Shown here in pieces: positions 51,134 to 63,630 of a stretch of 64,000 bases of DNA (its first letter is position 1; each line of letters opens with the position of its first letter). The position numbers and the translations under genes were made by a program. The notes under the pieces are model-generated. The model ran no database searches, was not told the origin of the DNA, and was given only the letters and a program-made list of their open reading frames with translations. The stretch lies in assembly GCA_951406725.2 (NCBI GenBank), contig OX597819.1:5146001-5210000 (forward strand), written 5' to 3'. The DNA comes from Octopus vulgaris. Lineage: Eukaryota.

Positions 51134-53993
51134 AGTACTTTGTATTCTTTTTCTAATAGATTTTCCTTTCTAACTCTACAAATTATGTGCAAACTTCTAC
51201 ATTTAAATGTCTGAAATCTTTCTGGATAGGAGCATAGATAGATTTCTTTTATTTTGACTTTACTTTGCTTTACAGTACATAAGACTGATAGATTTTCCTC
51301 TCTCTATATCCATTGGCATCACCACTTGGAATTATATCTGGTTTGCTCCATAGTGTTCTGATCATTGATTTAACACAAGAGATACTGTTATCTTGGCTTG
51401 GTTGCATTAGGAGTTGGTATTGATCTTTATTTAGCCACCTGGTTGGGGAAGTAATTTTTAAATGAGTGTTTACTTAGAAGCAAAGGGAGAGGCAGATCAA
51501 GAGAAAGAGTTAAGTACTAACATACTCTCTTTGTTAGTCTATCTGCAAGTTAAGCAGTGGCTGAAATGGTGGGTGGGAACCTTGCAGTTATCAAATATTA
51601 CTCTTGTCATATTTTTTTGTTGTTTTTGTTTTGAAATATCAATTCCAGGAAACAATTCTCAGTGTAATAATCGTCGTTGAATTTAAGACCAGAGATGAAT
51701 AAAGTGTGAAATAAATGATCTGGTTATTGATTATTTTGGAAATCAATATCATATTCAGCAACATAAGTGAAATAGGAAACCAAAATAACTGTGCAGAAAT
51801 TTTGTTAAAAAACACAAAAAAAATAGAATCTCTACCCAGCAAATTATTGGCCTCCAGCTGCACAACATTGTAGCTATGAATGAAAAATCACAGCTTGCTG
51901 ATTTGATGTGTATTTAACCTATGAGCTGAAATATTCATGGGTCATGTTCTACCTGTAGTAGAGAGCATTGGTCTCTTCATTAACCAGCATCACAGGTTAG
52001 CTTCTTTTCCATGGGCCCTTTTGACATGACTAAAAATAAAACCATAATTTCAAATCATAATTTATGGAGAAGACATTTGCAAATTATTTGCAATAGGCGC
52101 TTGTGTGGCTCTCTGGTAAGAAGTTTGTTTCATAACATAGTCCAGGATTCAGTCTCATTGCATGGTGCCTTGGGCAAGTGTCTTCTACTACAGCCTTGGG
52201 ACAAACCTTGGTAGATAGAAACTGAAAGAAGCCTGTCGTGTATGTGTGTTTGTGTCTTTTTCTTGACATTCTGTGATAGTTGTGAAACGATTGTCACCGT
52301 CATACAAACAGTACCACTCATTTCCAATGTTCTGTGTAAACACATCCAGCCATGGGGAAATATTACCTTGTTTGGAAACAGGTGAGAGTTAGTGTCAGGA
52401 AGTGCATCTGACCATAGAAAATCTGTCTCCATCCAATCCATGTAAGCACGGAAAAGAGGACGTTAAAATGATGCTCATCATTATTCAATAGAATTTTTAA
52501 AGGAAATCATTGTTTTTCCTTTAAATATCTGATATATGCCTACATATATCAGATATATCTACCATCACAGGCATGATAGATATTGGCCAATTACATCACA
52601 AACTTTATCTAAAAGAAATATCCATCAGAAAGAGTATATTCTTTGAGAACAATAAATAAAAAAAATTATCCAGGTATTGTACAGAGATTCACATGAATTC
52701 ACATGCTTGTTATCATTCATTTTGGAATATATTATAATGAAGCCAAAATACCCTGATCGTGACAAGCAAATGAAGGGGTCTTTATGCAGTTACTTGGTTT
52801 CCTATTACTCAATGGACTGACAGTATCTGAGAGTCATTAATATATAATGCATATTTTTTTTATCTTTTACATGTTTCAGTCATTAGACTGCAACCATACT
52901 GGAGCACAGCTTTGAAAAATTTTTAATCAAATGAATTGACATCAGTACTTATTTTTCAAAGTCTGGTACTTATTCTAGCAGTCTCCTTTACCAAACCACT
53001 AAGTTACATGGACATAAACATACCAACTCCTGTTGTAGGGGACAAATACACACATGACAAGCTTCCTTCAGTTTCCATCTATCAAATCCATCCACAGAGC
53101 TTTCGTCAGCCCAAGGCTATAAAAGATGACACTTACCCAAGGTGCTACGCTGTGGGACTGAACCTGAAACCAAGCAGACTTCTTACCACACAGCCACACC
53201 TGTACCTGTCATCTTTGATGGCAAAACAAAAAAAAAACTATCTACTTTCAGATATCCATGGCTAAGTTGTTGTCGTTGTGCCAGCTTGGCTGTTTCGGTG
53301 ACCATGCTGGTATAACCACATGATCAGTTGCACTTTTCATACCAACTTGTTGCTATTGTCTAGCCTCAAGATGTCCCTGATAAAGCAGACTTATGAACAA
53401 AAGCATCACTTTTTGGTTTTTGTTTTGTTTTTTTTTTTTTTGAATGGAAGCAGTATTTTTTTTTTCAGGAATAGTTTTCCTTGGACCACATTAGCCCAAG
53501 TTCTACTATTTTGTAAGACAGTAGGGATGAAGGAGATGACTAAGGGCTGAGATATCTGGTGCATTGATGTACTCAAGATGATTTGTCTCCTGCAATAGAA
53601 TTGTTACTGGCACTGGTGTCGCATTACAAGCACCCAGTAAACTCTGGAGTGGTTGGCATTAGGAAGGGCATCCAGCCATAGAAAACATGCCAGAATAGAC
53701 AATGGAGCCTGGTGCAGCCCCTGGCCTTACCAACTCCAGGCACACCATCCAACCCATGCCAGCATGGAAAATGTACATTAAATGATGATGGTGATGCGTA
53801 GGATATGATATGAGAGAGATTTGACTGCTAATTTCTAGAAGATCAGGCAACAACATAGAAACTCTTGCTATCATATCAAATACTAACATGAGTCTGAGTT
53901 CTGTTTTTCATGTTCAGCATATATTTTACCTCTGTTTCTTTCATTATTTGATTTATGTTTTAGTAGCTAATCCATTTATGTATTTATTTGTAG

Positions 53994-54131
53994 AAGCTCA
54001 CACGCCCTGGACGGGTTCTCGTAGGAGAAGGTGTTTTAACAAAAATGTGTCGTAAAAAACCAAAACCACGGCAGTTTTTCCTCTTTAACGATATACTTGT
54101 ATATGGTAACATAATAATCAGCAAGAAGAGG
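53994..54131 (+). CDS. PLEKHF2: PLEKHF2/Phafin2-like exon, start of PH domain
   Basis: ttgtag acceptor, gtatgt donor, 138 nt, phase 0-0. Translates KLTRPGRVLVGEGVLTKMCRKKPKPRQFFLFNDILVYGNIIISKKR, close to the Phafin2 PH-domain start; in frame with both neighbouring exons. Confidence 0.95.
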
Positions 54132-54370
54132 GTATGTTATAATATTTTGTTCATAGAATTAAAAATTTTTTTTTTATTTTAATTTTTGCCAGTGAATCGT
54201 TTGATTAGTAACTATTCTGAGGTGGAATGTTTGCTGAAAGAATCACTTATACTGTGTATGTATGTGTGTGTGTGTGTGTCTGTTGGAAATTTGGAAGAAT
54301 ATTTAGGTGCTTTTACCAGCTGCCAACTGCTTCTTTTTTTTTTCTATAATATAATTACAATTACGTTTGT

Positions 54371-54796
54371 GTATTTGTTTTGCAAGATTCTTGATGTGAA
54401 GTCATGTGTTGAAGCATATTGTTATATTTGAGGATGGCCATATTTTGCCAATTAAACACGCATGCTATACATTTGGTCTTTACTTAAGCTTCATTATTGT
54501 TATTTTAGTTTCTTTTTCAAAGCTCTTTCGTCACACACTCTGTGACCTCTTCAGTGACTCTCTATCCCATGTGTCTCATCTTGTCCTGCTTATTCTATTT
54601 AATAAATGGATTTTAGAAATGGAATATGCAGAACAAGAGGAGACATGTGGAATAGAGCCACTGAAGAGGCCACAGGATGTGTGACGAAAGAGCTTTGACA
54701 AGAAGCTAAAATGATAATAATAAAGCTGAAATGAAAACCAAACATATATTGCATGTTTTTAATTTACAAAATTTGACCATCCCCAAATATAACAAT
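54371..54796. mobile_element. Penelope-like inverted repeat in a PLEKHF2 intron
   Basis: Diverged arms at about 54418-54600 and 54617-54796, each with a hammerhead motif; homologous to 24425-24680. Confidence 0.7.
54657..54699 (+). ncRNA. Minimal hammerhead ribozyme motif (mirror copy on the - strand at 54516-54558)
   Basis: G(C/U)CA | CUGAAGA | gG(C/U)CACA-loop-UGUGAC | GAAAG-ag-CUU | UGAC. The consensus of the two arms restores stems I and II. Confidence 0.6.
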
Positions 54797-55174
54797 ACCT
54801 TTACAATGTTATTGTCAAAACTAATTTTATCAAATTTCAGCTATTTTTGTTTCCAACAGTCTTCTATTTCTTCTAATTCTGTTGCTGCAATAACAATAAG
54901 AAGAGATAAGTGTATAAAGACTGTTCAATATTTATTAGTAGATACAGAGAAAGAAGGGCTTGATAGTAGATTTGTGTTAATTATATGATGGTTTTAACCA
55001 ATCAGTGGATATTTTATTGCATACAATCTAGAATGTGTAACTATGGAGCAGGGTCTTTTATCTTGATAGTGTAGAGTATACCTTTTACGTTTGTTGTGAA
55101 GAAACATAAAAATCATCTTGTTTCTGAAATTTTAGATAAAGTTTCTGAACATTTTTAATTTTGTTAATTTTCAG

Positions 55175-55238
55175 TACAATAAACAGCACATAATTCCATT
55201 GGACGATGTCAAATTAGAAGATATTGAAGATGACAAAA
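55175..55238 (+). CDS. PLEKHF2: PLEKHF2/Phafin2-like exon, PH domain continued
   Basis: ttttcag acceptor, gtaagt donor. Translates YNKQHIIPLDDVKLEDIEDDK plus 1 nt, matching the recalled YNKQHIIPLENVTI. Later exons (rest of PH, FYVE) were not found in the window. Confidence 0.92.
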
Positions 55239-56344
55239 GTAAGTTTTCAACTATTAGTTTTGAACAAAGGATGTTTACGGATTTCTGGTTGCTTAAATAA
55301 AAACCAATCTGCTGCTAAACTAAGACATTAAATGACTTTAAAAATAAAAAAAAAGTTGAGTCAAGTGTGGTAATTATTTTACTTTCATTTTATATCATAG
55401 ATGATGAATGATAAGCACCATTGGTTATAACTTTCCAATGAGCCAATTACTTGTTCACTGCATTCCTAAAGGCAAGAGCAAGAAGGAAGTGTTTGTAACT
55501 CACTGCAGAGCAATTATTATAGAGAACTTGAAATTTATTTAAAAGTTTTTCTTTGATGTCTTTGTTTCTTGCCAATGTACATCTACCTACACATGCATAC
55601 ATTTCTCACTCATCCTCATCATCACCTGCCTTTCATTGCTATCATCCATTGGACAGGTTGACAGAAACTGACCACAAGCTGAGGGACATCATGCTCCAAT
55701 GTCTCAGTTTAGGCGTGATTTCTATGGCTGAATGCCCTTCATAACGCCAATCACTTCACAGATTGTACTGCATGCTTTTGCTGTGGCACCAGCACTAGTG
55801 AGGGTGTTTTGTAATTGACAAGACCAAAGAGCAGCTGTGACGTAAGGAAAAATAGGTGAAAGAGAGTGATGACTGAAGGTGAAGTATGAGAAGTGTGTTG
55901 AAAGGGACAAACTAGAAGTTGTCAGGTGTTAGTATAGATAGTAACAGAGTAGTAACTGCTGAATGTGGGGCATGAAAGACACTAGGGAAAGGAGAAGGAA
56001 AAGAGTATTGTGTGAGGTGTGTGAGAAATAGAGAGCAGGACAGAGTAGAAAAGTGAAAGAGTTCGTTGTGTGGGGAGAGATATATACTGATAATATTGAT
56101 TTAACTAAGACTTCAATTTTCGCCTTTATTGGGTTATTCAATCAGATTGAAGTGGTTAAATATGCTATTAAAGGCGAAACGTGAAGTCAATGTCAAATCA
56201 ATATTATCAATAAATTTTACTGTACTAAATCTATGGAGTCCCGCCAATAGTAAATATTTTGTTGTTTTCTCCTAGTTGATCAACAACATTAGATTGTGTA
56301 TGACACACACACACACACAAACCTATATATATATTTAGATATGC

Positions 56345-56387
<43 letters not shown>

Positions 56388-56810
56388 TATATTTAGGTTG
56401 TGTATGTGTATGTGAATCATCCTCGTCATCATCGGCGATTAACGTCCACTTTCTATGCTGGCATGGGTTGGAGCCATCTGGTTCGCCAGTCCTCAGTCAA
56501 ATCGTCCAACCCATGCTAGCATGGAAAGCGGACGTTAAATGATGATGATGATATATATATATATATATGACAGGCTTCTTTCAGTTTCCCTCTACCACAT
56601 CCACTCACAAGGCTTTGGTTGGCCCTAGGCTATAATAGAAACCATTTGCTCAAAGTGTCACACAGTGGGACTGAACCCCGAACTATGAGGTGTGGAAGCC
56701 GCACCTATGAAATTGTTCAAAAAATTATCTCCACAAAAAAGTTCACTTGGAAAATAAAACATTTGATCACCCAGAGAAATTTCAATAGAGAGATATGACA
56801 ATGATAGATA

Positions 56811-56981
56811 GGTGCAGGAGGGGTTGTGTGGTAAGTAGCTTGCTTACCAACCACATGGTTCCGGGTTCAGTCTCGCTGCGTGGCACCTTGGGCAAGTGTC
56901 TTCTGCTATAGCCCCGGGCCGACCAATGCCTTGTGAGTGGATTTGGTAGACGGAAACTGAAAGAAGCCTGTCATATATATG

Positions 56982-57012
<31 letters not shown>

Positions 57013-57207
57013 CTGTGTTTGTCCCCCTAGCATTGCTTGACAACCGATGCTGGTGTGTTTATGTCCCCGTTACTTAGCGGTTCGGCAAAAGAGACCGATA
57101 GAATAAGTACTGGGCTTACAAAGAATAAGTCCGGGGGTCGATTTGCTCGACTAAAGGCGGTGCTCCAGCATGGCCGCAGTCAAATGACTGAAACAAGTAA
57201 AAGAGTA
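56811..57207 (+). mobile_element. Full-length S1 SINE
   Basis: Colinear with S1. Confidence 0.9.
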
Positions 57208-57655
57208 ATTCAGCCATTCTGCTACAAAACTGAAACATGAAAATGTGTTGTGTAATGAGAAATTAAATCAATTTGTTCATGAACCTCTCTTCTTCACATA
57301 AGCTAAATATACACCTGGATAAGTTGTTAGTCTCTCATAGTTAATCTAATCCAAAGGGTCTATTATTTACTCAGTGGCTAGCTAATGCGAGGCTTTCTAG
57401 AATTAGGTTTGGCTGTGATGGATAACTCTCTCTGCTATCATTCTCAAAATTTCATTTTTGCTCCACATCTCTTAAACTGAAGGAATAAACAACCAGGAAC
57501 TAATCTTCACCATATTCTAAGAAAGTTAGTTGGATTTTCCATTTATCCAATGTTTCTGTTAAACAACTACTTCACTTTTTCTAATGAGAAATATGTCAGT
57601 GGGTTAACTTTAGATCCAGTGATAGTGTATATATACTCCATCACATGCACGCACG

Positions 57656-57712
<57 letters not shown>

Positions 57713-59641
57713 AGAGAGACAGACAGACAGAGGTAATTGACATTGTACATCAAGTAAAAAAAAAAAAAAATCATCAGAACACTGCTTTTGCCCAAACAAA
57801 CAGGTATAAACATATTTACAACCAGCTGGACTGGTAGACTTGGAGACTCAGACTTTTTTTGTTAAATATAACACAGCATTTAAAATAAGGCATGAAATGT
57901 CAATCATTCTGTCAGTAAGTTGACACCCTATCGCCAGTTCAAGCTGTGACTGCTGATTGTGTAATCAGACAGAGAGATAAGTCAGGAGTGGGGAAAACCA
58001 TGGGTCTATTCTTTTGGTTTACAGCACATAAATCTAATTTTAATCATACACTTGCAGAGATTTGCTACTACATGTAGCTATAGTTATCAATATAACCTGA
58101 TGTTTTCATCTTTTCAGAAATGTTGCTTGGATTCAGTTTTTTTTTAGTAAAATATGCCTTCAAGACATACAATTACTTATCATAGCTTTTACCATTTTGC
58201 AAGGCCAGAGATTTGGTTGTTTGCACTGATTATGTAAGGATTACTTTGATGCAGATTATAGTTTAATCTTCTCAGTAATCCAGCTTTGTATATGTTTTCT
58301 ATTCTAAATAAGCTTCAAAGTAGTAATCTTTTATGAGGGGAAATAGATAGCTGTTTACGTTGTAAAAGCCAGCCAACCAAATGATGTTCTATCTTCTTTC
58401 TCCTCATCAGATTTATAAGAAATTTGAGAGTCAAACTACCAGTGTCTATAGTCTTCTGTATACATTATCGGTCACTATGACAGTCTCTGCATTCACCATT
58501 ACCTCTGCCGCTACCCTCATAATTATCATTTTCAGAACAACCACTGCCATTATCTTTATTATCATCACACTGCTACTGCTATTAAAAGCATTACTAATAC
58601 AGCTTATCATTATGACTACTAATTATTACTAACATAGTCACCACCACCACCACCATCATCGTTGTCATGTCCACAATTACTAAATATCCTCATCAGCTCT
58701 CCCTGATTGCTCTCCTGCTCGCCACCAATCCTGCTCTTTCTTTTCCATCAACCAGCCCCATACTATATTTCTGAGAGAGCCTCTGTATGGTTGCTCAACC
58801 TGCTAGAAATAGCAGCCGAATTTCTTCAATTTACACACTACCATCTTGAAAAAAAGAAACACATTGGACAATGCCTTCCTAAAAATACAAGAAGACAGGA
58901 TGGTCATTGACTAGAAAGCTTTTGATCATAGATCTGACCTGGAGCTAAATTACATCTCTCTTTCTCTCTTCTCCGACCCTTACTGTCTGTAGCCCTCCCC
59001 ATCTCTCAGCTGTCCCCTCTCTAGTCCCTGCAATTTGTTTCTCACTTCACTCCTCCCAAACTGTTTCTCACTTCACTCCACACCTCCTCCAATCTTCACA
59101 GATCTCCTCCTACCCCTCTCTCTCTACACACACACACACATCCTTTTAAATATTCATTAAACTTCTTTAGCTCTTATTAAATGCTTAATAATAATAATGG
59201 TTTCAAATTTTGCCACAAGGACAGCAATTTTGGAGGAGGGGATGAGTTGATTACATCAACCCCAGTGTTCAACTTGTACATATTTTATTGACCCTGAGTA
59301 GATGAAAGGCAAAGACCTTGGTAGAATTTGAACTCAGTACATAGCAACAGGTGAACTACCGCTAAGCATTTCATCCAGCATACTAAATGCTCTTTTCTAT
59401 TAAAGGTCTGAAATGTTGGTGGAGGGGACTAGTCAATTATATTGACCCCAGTGTTTCACTGGTACTTAATTTATTGATCCTGAAAGGATGAAAAGCAAAG
59501 TTGACCTCAGTGGAATTTGAACTCAAAACGTAAAGGTGGACACAATGCTGCTAAGCATTCTGCCTGGTGTGCTAACACTTCTGCTAGCTCACTGCCATAA
59601 ATAATAATAATAATAATAATAATAATACCAACAACAACAAC

Positions 59642-59976
59642 AACAAGAGCACAAACCTCTGCCAAGGCAACACCAATGTCCTGTCAGTGATTAGCTGGAG
59701 ATTTTTAAAATGAGAGTATCTGAAATAAACTCGATTGCTCTCACAAAGAAGAATATTAAAAATGAACCCAACTGCTCTCAAAGATTAAGTAAAAAAACTG
59801 GTAAAATAATCCAGATTCCTTGTCCACTACTGGATTGATCCCAAAGTCTAATCAGTCTGTGCTAGTCACAAAGTTAGACATCCCTGAAAGTTTCAACCAA
59901 ATCCATCCAGCGGTTCTTGAGATATCTTGTCCACGGCTGAAAACAATACCTCTGCCTTCACTAAGGCAGCGGTAAT
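59642..59976. mobile_element. Helentron/HINE-like non-autonomous element
   Basis: Begins AACAAGAG, contains aagtttcaaccaaatccatccagcggttcttgagatatc, ends aaaacaat + hairpin acctctgccttcactaaggcagcggt, in an A-rich site. Classification is from recall. Confidence 0.55.
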
Positions 59977-60174
59977 AATAATAATAATAATAATAATAAT
60001 GAATCTAATATTGGCATACGACCATGCATCACAGTATTCTCACACACATACTGATAGAGTAAAGAATTTATATTAACTTGTTATTATTGTTTAACTCCAG
60101 GACAATCCTGATTGAACATAGCTATGATCAGAGCATTCCAACCATGACTATCCAAACTTATTTTCAGACTAGGC

Positions 60175-60514
60175 CAGTGGTTTTCAACCACTTTTTACCT
60201 ACGGACCCCTTCATTTCTTACTTTACTCTGGTGGGCCCCTATAGCCCTTCAATGTTTAAAAACTAATTTTATAGATACTTCTTTCAAAATCCCTTTTTTT
60301 GTTATTCACTCATTCACTTCTGTAGGTTGAACTATGTCAAATATTTGAGAAAGAAACCTAGCTGTTTCTTGCAATACATTGAAATAAAAAATTTCCATGG
60401 GTCCTTAAAATACTACTGTGGATCTCCAACTTACTATTTTGTTAGTGTGAACTCCCAAAAATCATATATAGATCCCCTCCCAGGGGCCATATGGACCCTG
60501 GTTGAAAACCACTG
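60175..60514. mobile_element. hAT (Charlie-like) MITE
   Basis: TIR CAGTGGTTTTCAACC...GGTTGAAAACCACTG; 8-bp flanks gactaggc / aactagac (6 of 8 match). Partial relative at about 42139-42360. Confidence 0.85.
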
Positions 60515-60816
60515 AACTAGACAATATATTCATGATTACATTATCCAAATTGTGCCCTCCTTTATTTTAAAGATAATAAGGTGATTCAAGGGGAATTCTG
60601 CTGCATTTTCTAGCAAGTTGAGCATCTATGTAGCTACTCCTTTGTTGATTTAGTTTTGTAATTATTGTCTCACAAAACCTTAAATTCTACAACTCTTAAA
60701 TTTCTTTTATACTTCCATCCTCCATCGTACTTCATACTAAATGCCATTGTCATTTTCTCTTACCAATTACTTTCTCTGCTAGAGCTTATTGATTCTTTAT
60801 ATATATATATATATAT

Positions 60817-61280
60817 CATCATCATTATCATCATCATTTAGCGTCCGCTTTCCATGCTAGCATGGGTTGGACGGTTCAACTGGGGTTTGTGAAGCCAGAA
60901 GGCTTCATCAGGCCCAGTCTGATCTGGCAGTGTTTCTTCGGCTGGATGCCCTTCCTAACGCCAACCACTCCTTAAGTGTAGTGGGTGCTTTTTACGTGCC
61001 ACCCGCACAGGTGCCAGACAGAGCTGGCAAATGGCCACGGACGGATGGTGCTTTTTACGTGCCACTGGCACGGGGGCCAGGCGAGGCTGGCAACGGCCAC
61101 GGATGGATGGTGCTTTTTACGTGCCACCGGCACGGGGGCCAGGCGAGGCTGGCAATGGCCACGGATGGATGGTGCTTTTTACATGCCACTGGCACGGGGG
61201 CCAGGCAAGGCTGGCAACGGCCACGAACAGATGGTGCTTTTTACGTGCCACCGGTATGGAGGCCAGTCGAGGTGGCGATA
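60817..61280 (-). mobile_element. S3 retroposon with five repeat motifs (62-bp unit)
   Basis: ggccacg recurs at 61033, 61095, 61157 and 61219. Confidence 0.88.
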
Positions 61281-62316
61281 TTTATATCAAGCTAATGAAG
61301 TAAACTCCAATAATTCCAATATCACCATTTTCATCATCATCATCGTCATCGGCAACACCTACACTGTCATCACAGGCGCCACCTCTACTGCTATCGGTAC
61401 TTGTAATAGTGTATGGTAATTGGATCACTCTCAATAACATGATTAGACATTTCTATTTGTCTACCAACTTCATATTGTAGTGCTTTATTATTTCCCTGTC
61501 TTCAAAGACTTTGATATTTCAATAAAACAGCGGGAGACTTTCATTAAAGTTTTGCTGCTTCACAACTTTAATATGTCTTATGCTAATTTTCAATAAATAA
61601 ATCTTGTTGTTTGGCCCCACCAGGTTATCTTTGCTTACAGACAAAATCAAATGTAGTCTAGACAAGACTATCTTTTATCTTTTACCTGTTTCAGTCATTA
61701 GACTATGGCCATGCTGGGGCACCACCTTCAAAAATTTTTAATTGTATGTACCAACCCCAGTACTTATTTTCTAAAGCCTAGTACATATTCTATTGGTTTC
61801 TTTTGTCAAACTGCTAAGTTATAGGGACGCAAACACGCCAGCATTGGTTGTCAAGTGAAGGAAGGGTACAAACAAAGACACACACATACATGTATACATA
61901 TATATGATGGGCTTCTTTCAGCTTCCATCCACCAAATTCACTCACAAGGCTTTGGTTGGCCCAAGACTAAAGCACTAGACACTTTCCCAAGGTGCCACAC
62001 AGTGAGACTGAAACCCAGACATTGTGGTTGTGAAACAAGCTTCTTATCACACTGCCATGTCTGCGCCTGTCTTTACTTTTCATTTTTTACTTGTCTCAAT
62101 CATTGGACCATGCCATACTGGAGCAATTCTTTGAAGAGTTTAGTCAAACAGATCAACCCCCCAGTATTTATTTTTTAAAAACCTGGTACTTGTTCTATCG
62201 ATCTCTTTTGTTGAAGTTATGGGGGATGCAAACAAACCAACACCAATTGTCAAGCGGTGGTAGGGGACAAACACAAGGCACATAACATAGATACATACAT
62301 GTCTGTCTGTATTTTG

Positions 62317-62383
<67 letters not shown>

Positions 62384-62384
<1 letters not shown>

Positions 62385-62772
62385 TAGCAGTATCGCGTTG
62401 CTCGGGTTTGTAAGGGAAATAACTATATAAGCATTTTTAGAGATGTAAAGTGTAATAGCCATCTCAATATGGCTAACCACAAAGGGGGGGGGGTTACTGT
62501 AGCTTTTTACGTTCTGAGATTTAATAATAAATTTTTAGAGAGTTACTTCCCTTATATATGCCAAAAATGCATTAAAAATGGAAAAAATTGATGGTAAATT
62601 TTTTTTTAAATCGTAGACTCATCGTAGACGCGTGCTAATACCCAGAAGGGCTCGATATGAATCACGACTATAAGATACCCGGTTTTGGTTAAACTGCACC
62701 GCAAAATGTGGGAGTAGTTAGGAATCTAAATCGTAGGAGACAGACACACAACTTCACTTTTATATATAAAGA
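62384..62772 (-). mobile_element. Non-autonomous Helitron, same family as 38926-39324
   Basis: Reverse complement of that copy; TC start and CTAG end, 3' hairpin partly deleted. Confidence 0.85.
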
Positions 62773-63165
62773 TATATATATACATACACACACATACATA
62801 TGGCAGGCATCTTTCAGTTCTCATCTCCCAAATCCACTTACAAAGCTGTAGTTGAAGGCACTTGCCCAAGGTACCATACAGTGAGACTAAACCCATGACC
62901 ACATGTTTGGAAAGCAAGCTTTTTAATCATACACCCACTCTTCCAGCTCAGTTTAGTAGGCCTGACTATAGGATCCAATGTATCCCTTTTTCAAGAAGAG
63001 ACAGGATGTGATTCATAACAAATTTATCTGCTATTTCTTGGTGATCAAGTAACTATGATTAGAAGATGATTTGGGTGCTATTTCTAGCCCATGTAAAGGC
63101 TTTTTCAATGGCTAAGTGTAGGGTAAAACATTATGGTAATTGTATGAGTTAGTCTATTGGTCATA

Positions 63166-63630
63166 CATTGGCGAAAATAAATTTAAGACCGATGATAAAA
63201 GGTCTTACAAATATTGAATTTCTAAATGTCTCAAAGAGACCTGAGCGGTGGTGGAGTGATAGAGCGGTTGTATACTGTCAACTTAATGTGACAGTCCTGT
63301 AGAGGGAATTACACCACCGCTGTTTAGCCCTAGGAAATATTTAGCCCTTTGCAAATATAAGGACACAGGAAATGTATCAAAGCCGACAGGAAGCGTCAAT
63401 GTTTCCTAGGGCTAAATGGCGATGGTGTGATTCCCTTTACGGAACTGTCACATTATGTTGTGACAGTTCTATTTCTTACAAAATATTTTGTTATTGTCTG
63501 CATAATTCGAAAGAGAAATAAATTCTGAATAAGGTATAAAAGATAAAAATAATTTGTATAGTGTCAGTAACAAAATATTTTGTAAGAAATAGAACTTTTA
63601 TCATTGGTCTTAAATTTATTTTCCCCAGTG
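63166..63630. mobile_element. Tc1/mariner-like MITE with two internal inverted repeats
   Basis: TA-CATTGGCGAAAATAAATTTAAGACCGATGATAAAAG...CTTTTATCATTGGTCTTAAATTTATTTTCCCCAGTG-TA. Confidence 0.8.

Noticed and set aside
58098-58140. tttcag acceptor as the next PLEKHF2 exon
   Set aside because: Translation does not give the expected NGW...KSF.VYAAT continuation.
60867-61419. ORFs of 90-144 aa (and the many MDGSTGV.../MLGGQTQT... ORFs elsewhere)
   Set aside because: Translations of S3 and S1 repeat consensus sequences, recurring at every copy.
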